Source: Bacillota bacterium (GTDB taxonomy: Bacteria > Bacillota > Clostridia > Christensenellales > UMGS416). Taken from it: a stretch of 64,000 nt of DNA. The stretch lies in assembly GCA_023421955.1 (NCBI GenBank), contig JAEZSE010000001.1:13110-77109 (forward strand), written 5' to 3'. A program made the position numbers and the translations under genes. The notes under the pieces were generated by a model that did no database searches, was not told the origin of the DNA, and saw only the letters and a list, made by a program, of their open reading frames with translations. Of this stretch, positions 18,437 to 28,075 are shown in pieces (the stretch's first letter is position 1; each line of letters opens with the position of its first letter).

Positions 18437-19501
18437 ATGGCAAATATCATCGATGCGTATGGTTGGAATGATCATTGGCAGATGCAATGGGAAGCGCTTG
18501 GTTATGAAGGACTGCTGCCGGGCCGCGTAACTGCCCGCTGGCGCGGCCAATGGGAAGTGGTGTGCTGCGACGGGCCGCGGCTCGCTGATCTCACAGGCCG
18601 GTTTCGCAGAGATCAGCCCGAGGATGCCTACCCGGAAGTTGGTGACTTTGTGGCGGTGCGTGCGGATCAGGGCAGCACGCGGATTGCGGCCTTACTCCCG
18701 CGTAAAAATGCGCTGGTGCGCCACATGGCCTTTACTGTGTCCGGCCGGCAGGTGCTGGCTGCCAATGTGGACACGGCGTTCGCAGCAATGGCGCTGGACC
18801 GTGATTTCAACCTCAGGCGCATGGAGCGCTACCTTGCGGCCATCGCCGAGGGCGGTGTGAAGCCGGTAGCCCTTTTGACCAAGGCAGATCTCTGCCCTGG
18901 TTATTGGGCGAAAGTTTATGGCCTCACCGATCTGTTTCCTGGCTTGGTGGTGCTGCCGATCAGCGCTGTGACGGGTGAGGGGCTGGACGCACTGCGCGGC
19001 CTGCTCCACCCTGGCAGCACGTCGCTGGTGATTGGCTCCTCCGGTGTAGGGAAGTCTACGCTGCTGAACTCTCTTTACGGAAGCGACTTCATGCGCACAG
19101 GGGCCTTGCGCAGCGACGGTTTCCGGGGCGCCCATACCACCACCAACCGTCAGATGGCGGTGCTGCCAAACGGAGCGCTGCTGATCGACACGCCTGGTAT
19201 GCGAGAACTTGGTGTCGTGGGGGATGGTGACGGCCTGGCGGATGCCTTTCCGGATGTTGCGGAGCTTGCGGCTGGATGCCGGTTCCGTGACTGCTCCCAT
19301 GAGCGGGAGCCCGGCTGCGCTGTGCGGCAGGCCCTTGAAGAGGGCCGGCTGGATCTGAAACGCTTGAAAAGTTATCGCAGCATCGGCAAGGAAATGGAGC
19401 GTGAACAGGCAAAAGCGGACTTCAGATTGAACCATCTGCAGAAAAATGAGAGGGAGACCAAGCGGAAGGAGGCAATCATGCGGGATGTAGATTATGAGTA
19501 G
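18437..19501 (+). CDS. rsgA: Ribosome small-subunit-dependent GTPase A
   Basis: GSSGVGKSTLLNSL, DTPGMRE, zinc motif CRFRDCSHEREPGCAV. Confidence 0.9.
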   Translation: MANIIDAYGWNDHWQMQWEALGYEGLLPGRVTARWRGQWEVVCCDGPRLADLTGRFRRDQPEDAYPEVGDFVAVRADQGSTRIAALLPRKNALVRHMAFTVSGRQVLAANVDTAFAAMALDRDFNLRRMERYLAAIAEGGVKPVALLTKADLCPGYWAKVYGLTDLFPGLVVLPISAVTGEGLDALRGLLHPGSTSLVIGSSGVGKSTLLNSLYGSDFMRTGALRSDGFRGAHTTTNRQMAVLPNGALLIDTPGMRELGVVGDGDGLADAFPDVAELAAGCRFRDCSHEREPGCAVRQALEEGRLDLKRLKSYRSIGKEMEREQAKADFRLNHLQKNERETKRKEAIMRDVDYE

Positions 19502-19519
19502 AAAATGAAGTGATAATCG

Positions 19520-19546
19520 GTAGGGGCGGGGTTCCAACCCCGCCCC
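19520..19546. repeat. REP-like hairpin (GTAG head plus GGGGCGGGG/CCCCGCCCC) between convergent genes
   Basis: GTAG-GGGCGGGG-ttccaa-CCCCGCCCC. May also act as a bidirectional terminator, though it has no T-run. Confidence 0.6.
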
Positions 19547-19641
19547 GTATTTGACTGGATAGATTGTGGGTTTATTTATAGATCCAGATGTCCTAGCGGG
19601 CATATGCATACGCCCCTGCATTACCCACTCAAGTTGATTTC

Positions 19642-20784
19642 TTATAGCTGATGGATTACGTCAGAGAAGTTCAACGCCCCGGAAACCTTAATTTGCTCCC
19701 CAACAGCCTTCTTGAGCTTCATTCCCGCCTTTGTGTCCCCTACCAACACCGCGCCGACCAACATGCTGTCCCGAATCATCAGGCAGCCATAACCAGCATC
19801 TGTTTCTTCACCGAGTGAAGCAATTCCGTCACCCTCCGTGATGTCACCCACTGAAAGTACATTGAGCGCTCCCACCTTCAGCATTGGCGAGGGTGGGGTT
19901 TCTACATAGGTTATATTGCCACCTGCAGCGTTCGCCCCCGCAACCTTGCCCTGCTCTTGTGCCACAGTCATCAGGCACCAATTGCGGCCATTGAATTCAG
20001 CTGCATCACCACAAGCATAAATGCCCGGTATGTTGGTGCGCATGTGTTCGTCCACCAGGATGGACCGGCCCGCTGTGATTGCAGTGCCGAGCACCAGCGA
20101 CAGATCAGCCCGCACACCGGCGCACAGCACCACGCAGGCGCCTTCATACACACCGGGGCAGGTTTGGGGGTCCTGGCCGGTCATGATTTCCATGCCCGAT
20201 TCCTCCAGCCTGCGCTGCAGGTATCGGCCCGCTGCCTGGTTCAGTTGCCTGGGCATGAGCCACGGCGCAAGCTCTATCACGGCAGTCTTCACCCCAGCCG
20301 TGTTGAGCTCCCAGGCCGTTTCCAACCCCAGCAGGCCGCCGCCCACCACGATAGCCCTGCCGACCGCCAGGGCTGCGCTGCGCAAGCGCACAGCGTCGTC
20401 AAAATTGCGCAGTGTGATGGGTGGCACTTTGCAGGGTAGGTTCGGTCGGTTGGGCAGGGCTCCTGTGGCCAGCACAAGGCTATCCCACATCAGCACTGTG
20501 CCATCGGTGAAACGCGCGGTCTTCCGCTCCGCATCGAGTTGTTCTGCTGTGATGCCAGTCAGCAATGTGACACCCCGACTGGAGAACCACTCCGGTTTGC
20601 GAATTGCTAGGGCTGCTGCTTCTGTTGGCTCGGAAAGGCAGTGGGTGAGCCGGGGCCGCCAGTAGGGTGCGTATGGCTCTGCGCCGCACAGCGTTACACT
20701 GGCGCCTTGTGCCGCCGCGCTGTCCGCCGCTGCCAGCCCCGCTGGGCCAGCTCCGATGATGAGCACTTGATTCTTTGTATTCAT
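19642..20784 (-). CDS. FAD-dependent pyridine nucleotide-disulfide oxidoreductase (rubredoxin reductase / NADH oxidase-like)
   Basis: Two dinucleotide-binding motifs, VLIIGAGPAGLAAA and AIVVGGGLLGLE. About 380 aa. Confidence 0.75.
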   Translation of the reverse strand: MNTKNQVLIIGAGPAGLAAADSAAAQGASVTLCGAEPYAPYWRPRLTHCLSEPTEAAALAIRKPEWFSSRGVTLLTGITAEQLDAERKTARFTDGTVLMWDSLVLATGALPNRPNLPCKVPPITLRNFDDAVRLRSAALAVGRAIVVGGGLLGLETAWELNTAGVKTAVIELAPWLMPRQLNQAAGRYLQRRLEESGMEIMTGQDPQTCPGVYEGACVVLCAGVRADLSLVLGTAITAGRSILVDEHMRTNIPGIYACGDAAEFNGRNWCLMTVAQEQGKVAGANAAGGNITYVETPPSPMLKVGALNVLSVGDITEGDGIASLGEETDAGYGCLMIRDSMLVGAVLVGDTKAGMKLKKAVGEQIKVSGALNFSDVIHQL

Positions 20785-20929
20785 GGTATCTTCCCAGTCT
20801 TGTATTGACGCTTATTATACACAATTTACCATTTCCTCGAAATACATATTGCGGAATAAGCTTGTGTAGCACGGTGATTATGATCAAACTCCCCTGTCTG
20901 GACATAAGATGCCTGGAGGGGTGGTTTGA

Positions 20930-21619
20930 TTGAAGCCGGTCGATGTGCATTCAAGGGCAGTTGAGGAAAAGTTGGAGTATCAGGGCGTTACGATGGTGAA
21001 TGTGGATATTTCTTATCCGGAGATCCGGGGAGAGATCTCAAAGCTCTGCGAGAGGCGGTTCAATGAGCATTATGCAAGGGAGGCTCAAACCCAGCGAAGG
21101 CATGCTCGCGGGGAGTTGTACGGTAGTGCGGTGGAAGATTTCAAATTCAAACAGGAGAAGGGATACCCATTCAACCCATACGAGTTGATGCAGGCATATT
21201 CTGTAACATTCAACTCCCAGCCGGTTCTCAGCTTGTATTATGATGTGTATCAATACACAGGCGGAGCTCACGGCATGACCGAGCGCACCGGTGACACCTG
21301 GGACCTGCAGCGCTGCCGGATGGTGGCTATGGGCGACTTGTTCCGCCGGGGCTATGATTACACAGTTCCAATCTTCAAATACATAAGCGTTGAGGCGGCC
21401 CGCAGGCAGAGCGGCGAGGCTTCCTACTTTGATGGGTTGGAGCAAAATATCCGGAAGTATTTCGATGAGAAGAACTATTTCCTCTCCTGCCAGGGGCTTA
21501 ACGTGTTTTATCCGCTCTATTCCATCGCGCCTTATTATGTGGGGATACAGGTGTTCACCGTGCCTTATGGCATGTTTGGAAATAATCTGGTAGTTCCGCT
21601 GGTAGCGCTTTGCAAATAG
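20930..21619 (+). CDS. DUF3298/DUF4163-like protein (RsiV/PdaC C-terminal type)
   Basis: YYDVYQYTGGAHGMTERTGDTWDL and FYPLYSIAPYYVGIQVF are characteristic of DUF3298. Confidence 0.65.
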   Translation: MKPVDVHSRAVEEKLEYQGVTMVNVDISYPEIRGEISKLCERRFNEHYAREAQTQRRHARGELYGSAVEDFKFKQEKGYPFNPYELMQAYSVTFNSQPVLSLYYDVYQYTGGAHGMTERTGDTWDLQRCRMVAMGDLFRRGYDYTVPIFKYISVEAARRQSGEASYFDGLEQNIRKYFDEKNYFLSCQGLNVFYPLYSIAPYYVGIQVFTVPYGMFGNNLVVPLVALCK

Positions 21620-21692
21620 AATCCCGGCTCTATGCATTGCCAAACGCTCATGCAGGGCGTATCCTTATCGGTATCTTCTATTTGGAGCTTCC

Positions 21693-21980
21693 ATGGATTT
21701 TCTGAAGATGTTTTTTTGGACCGTTGTACTCACCGCCAACATCGCCGGCACGGCGGTGGCTTATTCGGATAAGCAAAAAGCAAAACAGAAGAAGTGGCGC
21801 ACACCCGAGAAGGCATTCTTGTGGCTGGCCGCGCTTGGCGGCGGGCCGGGTGTGCTCATTGGGTTTATGGCGTTTCGGCACAAGACTCGTCATTGGAAAC
21901 TGATCGCCGGCGTAATCAGCCTCATGATTGTGTTTTACGGGCTTGTCTACGCCCTTGTTACATTAACACGATCTCTTTGA
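21693..21980 (+). CDS. DUF1294 membrane protein
   Basis: KWRTPEKAFLWLAALGGGPGVLIGFMAFRHKTRHWK. Confidence 0.75.
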   Translation: MDFLKMFFWTVVLTANIAGTAVAYSDKQKAKQKKWRTPEKAFLWLAALGGGPGVLIGFMAFRHKTRHWKLIAGVISLMIVFYGLVYALVTLTRSL

Positions 21981-23031
21981 TCGTCATGTTCAGCGTTGCG
22001 CTGTCGGAGGTTAGATCCAGATACTCGTCGGTGGGCTTGCCCTCGTGGATCACACGGATCTTCGGCCTCAGGCAGGAGAGTTCATAATTTTGTACTACAA
22101 TTCCCATGATGCCATTGCTGAGCTTCACACAGGTGCCGATGGGGTAGGGGGCCACTTTCCTCGTAAAGGCCTTTACCACCTTCGGGTCGAAGGTGGAGCC
22201 ATAGCCGCCCATGATGTATTCCATCGCATCGGAGGGCAACATGGCGCGCCGGTATGGCCTGTCGGAGATCAATGCGTCATACACATCAGCCACGTTGACG
22301 ACGCGCGCGAAAAAGTCAATCTGCTCGCCGGAGTAACCAAACGGATACCCGTTGCCGTTGTATTGCTCGTGGTGCAGCAATACTACCTTCAGTGATTGCT
22401 CGGGCACCTTGCCATGGTTGCGCAGGTAATCGTAGCCCTTCTGGCTGTGCTTTTTCATTTCCTCGAATTCTTCCGCGTTGAGCCTGCCGGGCTTGTTCAT
22501 CACCTTTTTATCGATAAAAACCTTACCGATATCGTGGATCAACGCGCCCATTGCCAGTTCGTGCAGGCGGGTGCGCGTCAAGCCCAGCACCGTGCCCATT
22601 ACCGCGGAGAGCACCGCCACGTTCACGCTGTGACTGAAGGTATAGTCGTCAAATGTGCGTAGGTCCACCACGTTGACCATGAGCTTCCTGTTATACAGAA
22701 TCTCGTCCACGATATCGGTTATGACTTTTGAGATCAGGTCAAACTGCTGAGCCGCCCTGGACTCAGACTTATTCTGCACACTGATGAACAGCGATTGGAT
22801 GTCAGCCTTTGCCTTATATTTCAAGGTGTCGCTGATCACGCTTGCCACTTCCAGGTCTTTTGACAGATCATCGATGATGTATACGCCCTGAAACCCCAAT
22901 TGGCAGATTCGGTTGATCAGAATGCCGCTGAGTTTCACACCTTTTCGCAGCATGACCTTCTTGCCTTCCATGATCAGGTCGGATGCTAATATCTGGCCTT
23001 CTCGCAGGCAATTGGCCGGTACATACCTCAT
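21958..23031 (-). CDS. HD-GYP domain protein (putative c-di-GMP phosphodiesterase)
   Basis: HSVNVAVLS, HDIGK, HHEQYNGNGYP. Confidence 0.85.
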   Translation of the reverse strand: MRYVPANCLREGQILASDLIMEGKKVMLRKGVKLSGILINRICQLGFQGVYIIDDLSKDLEVASVISDTLKYKAKADIQSLFISVQNKSESRAAQQFDLISKVITDIVDEILYNRKLMVNVVDLRTFDDYTFSHSVNVAVLSAVMGTVLGLTRTRLHELAMGALIHDIGKVFIDKKVMNKPGRLNAEEFEEMKKHSQKGYDYLRNHGKVPEQSLKVVLLHHEQYNGNGYPFGYSGEQIDFFARVVNVADVYDALISDRPYRRAMLPSDAMEYIMGGYGSTFDPKVVKAFTRKVAPYPIGTCVKLSNGIMGIVVQNYELSCLRPKIRVIHEGKPTDEYLDLTSDSATLNMTIKEIVLM

Positions 23032-23102
23032 ACGGGCAAGCTTTCCTCTCCTGTTACTCTGCCGGGCATCGGGCTTTCATATGGCCTTACCGGCTCCATT
23101 GA

Positions 23103-24521
23103 TCAGTCGATCGACTTGATGTTCAGCTTCTCAGCCAGGGCGCAGTCAATGGCCACATAACCATCCCGACCCATATATTCTGCCCACTCTTCCTTGGTCA
23201 GGAAGGATACCACACTGTTGAAATTCCCCTGGTTGGCAGCGTCCAGCGCCGTGGTCTCGATCAGGATGTATTCGCCGGAATTATACCACGTCTCCACCGC
23301 TACCTGCGCATGGCCCGGTAGCAGAATGATCACGGCGTGCATGTTGGTTCGCTGAATCGCCGAAGCCATGGTTGCGGCGGTTTCTACGCACAGGCCGCCT
23401 TTCGTTTCGATCACCTGGGCGGGGGTCTTCACGCTCTGCATGTCTCCGCTGGTGGCGCTGAAGGGTGCCATGATGTATTTCACCTGGTATCTGTTGGCCA
23501 GAGTATACATCATCGAGCAGACCTGATATGCGGTGATCTGGGCATGGGTGAGGCCTGAGATTTCCTGATACCCCACAATGGAGTCGATCGCACCCCCGGT
23601 GAGCTCGCTAAAGGAATCGGCGCTGTCTCGCAGCATCTTATCGATCTCTTCCGCTTCCGGCGTTACCCACGCCAGGATGTTTTCACTGTAGGGCGTGCCG
23701 TCTGCGTCAGCCCACAGGATATCGTTGCGGGAGTATAGCTTGATCGTGTTTGTGTCCTGCTTAACAATTTCGCCGGTGTTCATGTCGGTCACCGTGATGA
23801 TCAGTTGTGCTTCCTTGGAGGACTTCAAGGATTTCGCGGCGTTTTCCAGCAGCGGCGGATGGATGATGAGCTCAGTCTCCGCGCGGGAAACCTCCACCAT
23901 TTGCTCGAACTTCTGCGTGAACTCCGGAATTTCCACTGTCACCATCAGCTTGGTTCTGCCCCGGTCGGTCCAGCACTGCATATACACCACATAGTCCATG
24001 GACCGGTAGTTGGCCGGGATGATCTCATTGTGGAACTTATACTCACAATTGGTTTTGACAACGTTTGGATCAATTTTCAAGTCCTCTGGAAAAGGTTTGA
24101 GCTCCACCGTCCTGGGCCAGAACACATAAGCCGCACCTGCTCCCAGCAGGAGCACCACAACAGTGATGATGGCCACGGCACCCAAGCCCAGGCCCCAAAA
24201 CAAGCCCGCGCGGGATTTCTTTGCCTTCGGCGCATAATCCGGCACTGCTTGCCGGATTGTGTTCGGCTGCGAGACGGGAGGCGGGGCGGGTGGAGTAACT
24301 CCCCTGCTTTGAGGCGCAACGGCGCCTTGCTGACTTGCAGCCGGGTGTGGTTGATGCGCCACGGCGCCGACCGGTGAGCCGCACTTCGGGCAGAACCGCT
24401 CCCCTTGCGCCATTGCTGCGCCACAGAACTTGCATGAGGCAGCCACTCTGTGGCCGCATTGTTCACAGAAAGTCATTGAGTCGCCCAGGGGATGACCACA
24501 CTTTTCGCAGAACTTCGCCAT
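23103..24521 (-). CDS. Double zinc-ribbon membrane protein with extracytoplasmic transglutaminase/papain-like C-terminal domain
   Basis: N-terminal CEKCGHP..CEQCGH..CKFCG..CPKCG, Pro-rich linker, one TM. The C-terminus has Cys (GGLCVETAA), His (LPGHAQVAV) and Asp (ETTALD) in transglutaminase-core order. Confidence 0.6.
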   Translation of the reverse strand: MAKFCEKCGHPLGDSMTFCEQCGHRVAASCKFCGAAMAQGERFCPKCGSPVGAVAHQPHPAASQQGAVAPQSRGVTPPAPPPVSQPNTIRQAVPDYAPKAKKSRAGLFWGLGLGAVAIITVVVLLLGAGAAYVFWPRTVELKPFPEDLKIDPNVVKTNCEYKFHNEIIPANYRSMDYVVYMQCWTDRGRTKLMVTVEIPEFTQKFEQMVEVSRAETELIIHPPLLENAAKSLKSSKEAQLIITVTDMNTGEIVKQDTNTIKLYSRNDILWADADGTPYSENILAWVTPEAEEIDKMLRDSADSFSELTGGAIDSIVGYQEISGLTHAQITAYQVCSMMYTLANRYQVKYIMAPFSATSGDMQSVKTPAQVIETKGGLCVETAATMASAIQRTNMHAVIILLPGHAQVAVETWYNSGEYILIETTALDAANQGNFNSVVSFLTKEEWAEYMGRDGYVAIDCALAEKLNIKSID

Positions 24522-24533
24522 ATCAATCCCCTC

Positions 24534-25415
24534 CTAGTTCCCCAGCTTGTCAAGATTGGCCTGCACCCATTTGGACAAGCCCTCGTTGACCTGCTGGACT
24601 GTGCTCACGTCTTGCTTGAGTTTCTTCATACGATCTTCTGTGTCGGCGTCGGCATCGGCGGAAACCTTGGTAAACTTCCGCTCCAGGATGCCCATGCGGT
24701 ATGCAGCGCCGTTTCTTCGCACCGGGTCGTCTATTTCCTCTGCGATCAGAGAATATAGCACAGCGTCGTTCATTTCATTGAGTGACGCGATCATGTTTTC
24801 GTTCATACTCTGAAGGAAGGAAGGCACCTCGCTGGACTTCAATTTTCCAACAGCCTTTTCAATCGCCTGGTTGATTTCCTCATACATACCCGCCGGATCG
24901 GTTGCGCTGACATTGCCGATGGCATCCATCTGAGCGGCCAGGTCCAGCAAAGCCTGCATATAGTGGAGCACTTGCATATATTCCTCCACCACGTCAGCTG
25001 CCAGTACAAACTGGGCAATCTCAGCCTTGCGCAATTCAGCCATATCCTTGTTGTCCAGCTCTGGCCTTGCCTTAAGATCTGTCAAGGCCTTCTTGAGCCG
25101 GCTGTCATACTTTTCCAGGATGTCCATATAGAAGGTAACTTCTGATTCGGTGATCTCCTCAGTATCGGAGGAACTTTCATCCTCCAGCAACCCAAGATCC
25201 TCATCGGCGATCAGCTCATCGATGATCTTCAGCTCTTCGAGCGCGGATTTCAGTTCCTTTGTGATCTCTCCGTTATTTGCGGGTGCCTTTGCAAGAATGC
25301 CAATGGAAGCATTTGCCGCCACGCCGCTTCCCACTGGTGCGGTGCAGCCTGCTACAACCAACGCCAGCACTAGAACCAGCGCCACTGCCTGAGGCCACTT
25401 ATCTGCATGGATCAT
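24534..25415 (-). CDS. Hypothetical helical lipoprotein
   Basis: Lipobox VVAGC. Acidic, predicted all-helical. 12 nt upstream of the zinc-ribbon gene, so probably co-transcribed. Confidence 0.55.
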   Translation of the reverse strand: MIHADKWPQAVALVLVLALVVAGCTAPVGSGVAANASIGILAKAPANNGEITKELKSALEELKIIDELIADEDLGLLEDESSSDTEEITESEVTFYMDILEKYDSRLKKALTDLKARPELDNKDMAELRKAEIAQFVLAADVVEEYMQVLHYMQALLDLAAQMDAIGNVSATDPAGMYEEINQAIEKAVGKLKSSEVPSFLQSMNENMIASLNEMNDAVLYSLIAEEIDDPVRRNGAAYRMGILERKFTKVSADADADTEDRMKKLKQDVSTVQQVNEGLSKWVQANLDKLGN

Positions 25416-25559
25416 GCGAGTTCCTCCTGACTGACCTATGCCATCCTGAAAAGGATGCCTGAATGGGAGCTTAACATTGATATAGGTACCCAGATTCTAA
25501 CATTATATATCACAGTATTTATTAATTCCATACATGCATGAGTGGTTTTATTCCTGAGG

Positions 25560-26267
25560 TTAGCGCCCCTCCGACGAATCACCCACAAAGGGCACGGCGT
25601 TCAATATGTTGGGGTCGGTTACGTTCACATAAGACTCTGGCACCTGCCCAACAATAATGCATTCGGTCACGAGCACCTTTGTGCTCACATCAACTTGCTG
25701 GCTCTGCATGGGGATCACGATCCTCACTGTGGTGTGGACATTCAGATAGATCTTATGGCGTGTCTGGTTGATTCCTTGATTCTGGAACTCAGACTCAAAA
25801 TCGGTTGTGACAGACCCCACCGGGATGATGCGGGCATAGATATTTGGTCCTCTGCCAGCCAGCAGCTGCCCGCCTAGCACGGTGCCCAGCGGGATGCCCA
25901 CGCCAGCCTCCCCGATCTTGGTAATGTTCCCCTGCGTGGTCATGGCAGTCGTCATTGCGATGTCATTCATTTTCATCGTGTCTGCCTGGATCAGCATCAC
26001 ATTGCCGTCTTTGTCTTGTACAATGCGGATGAGATCGGTGTATTTTACTGGATTGGACATCACCGAACGAACCGAGTCGTTCATGGCCTGCACAGCCATG
26101 GAACGCACGCGGGCTTCGGCCATTGTGATGATGACCGGTGCGATGTTGTTGTCCACATAGACAAACAGGAAGATTCCAATTAGCATCAAGATAATGGCCG
26201 TGGTGGCCAATCGGACTAAAAACGGCCTGGATGGCCGGAAACGTGGCTTGCTCCAGCGGAAACTCAT
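25560..26267 (-). CDS. yunB: Sporulation protein YunB
   Basis: N-terminal TM. IPLGTVLGGQLLAGRGPNIYARIIPVGSV ... IVIPMQSQQVDVSTKVLVTECIIVGQVP matches the YunB family. Start set at the Met preceded by GAGGGGGAG. Confidence 0.8.
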   Translation of the reverse strand: MSFRWSKPRFRPSRPFLVRLATTAIILMLIGIFLFVYVDNNIAPVIITMAEARVRSMAVQAMNDSVRSVMSNPVKYTDLIRIVQDKDGNVMLIQADTMKMNDIAMTTAMTTQGNITKIGEAGVGIPLGTVLGGQLLAGRGPNIYARIIPVGSVTTDFESEFQNQGINQTRHKIYLNVHTTVRIVIPMQSQQVDVSTKVLVTECIIVGQVPESYVNVTDPNILNAVPFVGDSSEGR

Positions 26268-26550
26268 GATACTCCCCCTCTGATATTCTATGAGGGGGAA
26301 CTTCATGATATTTGGATTTCTTCGTTGAGGGGAGAAGTGTCATCTCTCAATGACAAATCTATGGGCACAGAAATGTGCTCAGGCAGCTGAACGATGTTTA
26401 TTTCAATCGCACGAACGGGGGGCATCAGTACTTGTTTGCCGAGCATGATGTGGAGGTTCAGCTGCGGTATGGGGATGTTTTGCCGCAAGGGACAGTGTCA
26501 TTTGAGTGACTTGCGAACCATGATGAAGGGCTGCTGGTCGCATTCTAGTG

Positions 26551-27864
26551 CTAGCTTTCAATTTCATCAAGTGACAGTTTCATGAAATAGTTACAATAAT
26601 CAACAAACAACCAAACATACCCAGATTCAACATCTATGGATATGTGTTGTCCGTCATTATGAAATGAATCGAGAGACCAGAGCCTTTCAAGCTTATGAGA
26701 ATCGCAGTCAAAGGAGTACAACTCTAGTTGCACCTCGATGGGCCACCTGTCTCCATTTGCTTCCTCCCATTTTAGTGGATTTTGTAATAAGAGATACCAT
26801 TTTTCATCTGTATTATGAATTGATAACCAGCTATCTTGTAAGAATGGAAATGGTTGTTTATGTATAGTCTCATCATTTTCAATACTATAATAACAAATAT
26901 CAGTCACATTGAGGTATTGAAACTCATTGCCAACAAGCTTCATGTTGACATAGCCACTAAATTGGGGTTCTGGAAATTCGGAGGTAAGTCTGCCGTTGGC
27001 TATACTATACGCATAAAGAGAGCCCTCATTAATACTATAAACATATAGATATCTTGTGTCATTTGCCTCCGAGTATTCTTTAAATGGTGGAGATATTTTT
27101 CCTTTATGTAAATCGTATAAGTAGCTTGTCTCAGGATCTCCCATATAATTGATTAAAGCAAAGGGCTTTTCTTGATATCCTGTAGCCCGCGATAATTGTC
27201 CGTTATTTGGAATATTCACTTTATCAAACTTCCCTTGATTCAACTCATACTTCATAACAAACGTAAATTCTTGATCTTTGATATAATATGTATATTTGTA
27301 GAAAACATAATTCTCATCAACGTAGATGATATCAGTTATTTCGCTTGTTATTTTCTCTGGTTTACCATTTGAATACTTAAATAGAGTGGGGTCTGAGTAC
27401 TCATATTCCTTATTTTGACTGCGCCCCAAATAGTACAGACATCCAGCTTTATCAAGAAACATTTGATCAATGATGGCTAATTTTGTGTTGAACAATTTTC
27501 TGCTTTCACCGGTTATCTTGTCCATTTGATAAATACACTTATTGTTGATGGCCTTACTGCCATCCATTTGATAATACACATAATCATCATCAGCAACAGT
27601 GTATTCTGATATCTTTTGCCCTTGACATGGCTCACTACTTAAAAAATCGCTCAAAGGATCTACGTTTACCGTAGGTGTAGGACATATTGTGGGTGAATTT
27701 ATTCTCGGAGAGGCTGTATGTTGGGTTGAGGGTTGAAGCGTCATAAGCGTTGATGTGGTTGGCAATGGTGAAGATGATGGTCTCAACTTCGTTTGGGCAT
27801 CACAACCAATGACAAAAATCTGTAATACCAAAAGTATTGATGTGATAGCTTTCTTCATGTTCAT
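26551..27864 (-). CDS. Lipoprotein with DUF5050-like beta-propeller repeats (AT-rich island)
   Basis: Lipobox VIGC. Recurrent aromatic-rich blades (YVYYQMDG, CLYYLGR, YVFYKY). Strongly AT-rich relative to the flanks. Confidence 0.6.
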   Translation of the reverse strand: MNMKKAITSILLVLQIFVIGCDAQTKLRPSSSPLPTTSTLMTLQPSTQHTASPRINSPTICPTPTVNVDPLSDFLSSEPCQGQKISEYTVADDDYVYYQMDGSKAINNKCIYQMDKITGESRKLFNTKLAIIDQMFLDKAGCLYYLGRSQNKEYEYSDPTLFKYSNGKPEKITSEITDIIYVDENYVFYKYTYYIKDQEFTFVMKYELNQGKFDKVNIPNNGQLSRATGYQEKPFALINYMGDPETSYLYDLHKGKISPPFKEYSEANDTRYLYVYSINEGSLYAYSIANGRLTSEFPEPQFSGYVNMKLVGNEFQYLNVTDICYYSIENDETIHKQPFPFLQDSWLSIHNTDEKWYLLLQNPLKWEEANGDRWPIEVQLELYSFDCDSHKLERLWSLDSFHNDGQHISIDVESGYVWLFVDYCNYFMKLSLDEIES

Positions 27865-28075
27865 ACTCCAAGTGCCAGTTGTTTCATATCATCTTTCCAT
27901 AATAACTCTATAATCCTTCAAGTGTAGAAAGTGATAGTCTTCTGTTCATTTTAGTTCATGGTCAACAAAATGTCCAACACATATGTCAATCTCACACAGA
28001 TATTTGCATTCCCCTCCATTTTCCTGTATCATTAATCAGTTAAACTCTATCTCCCTTTTGAAAGGAAGAAACCGC

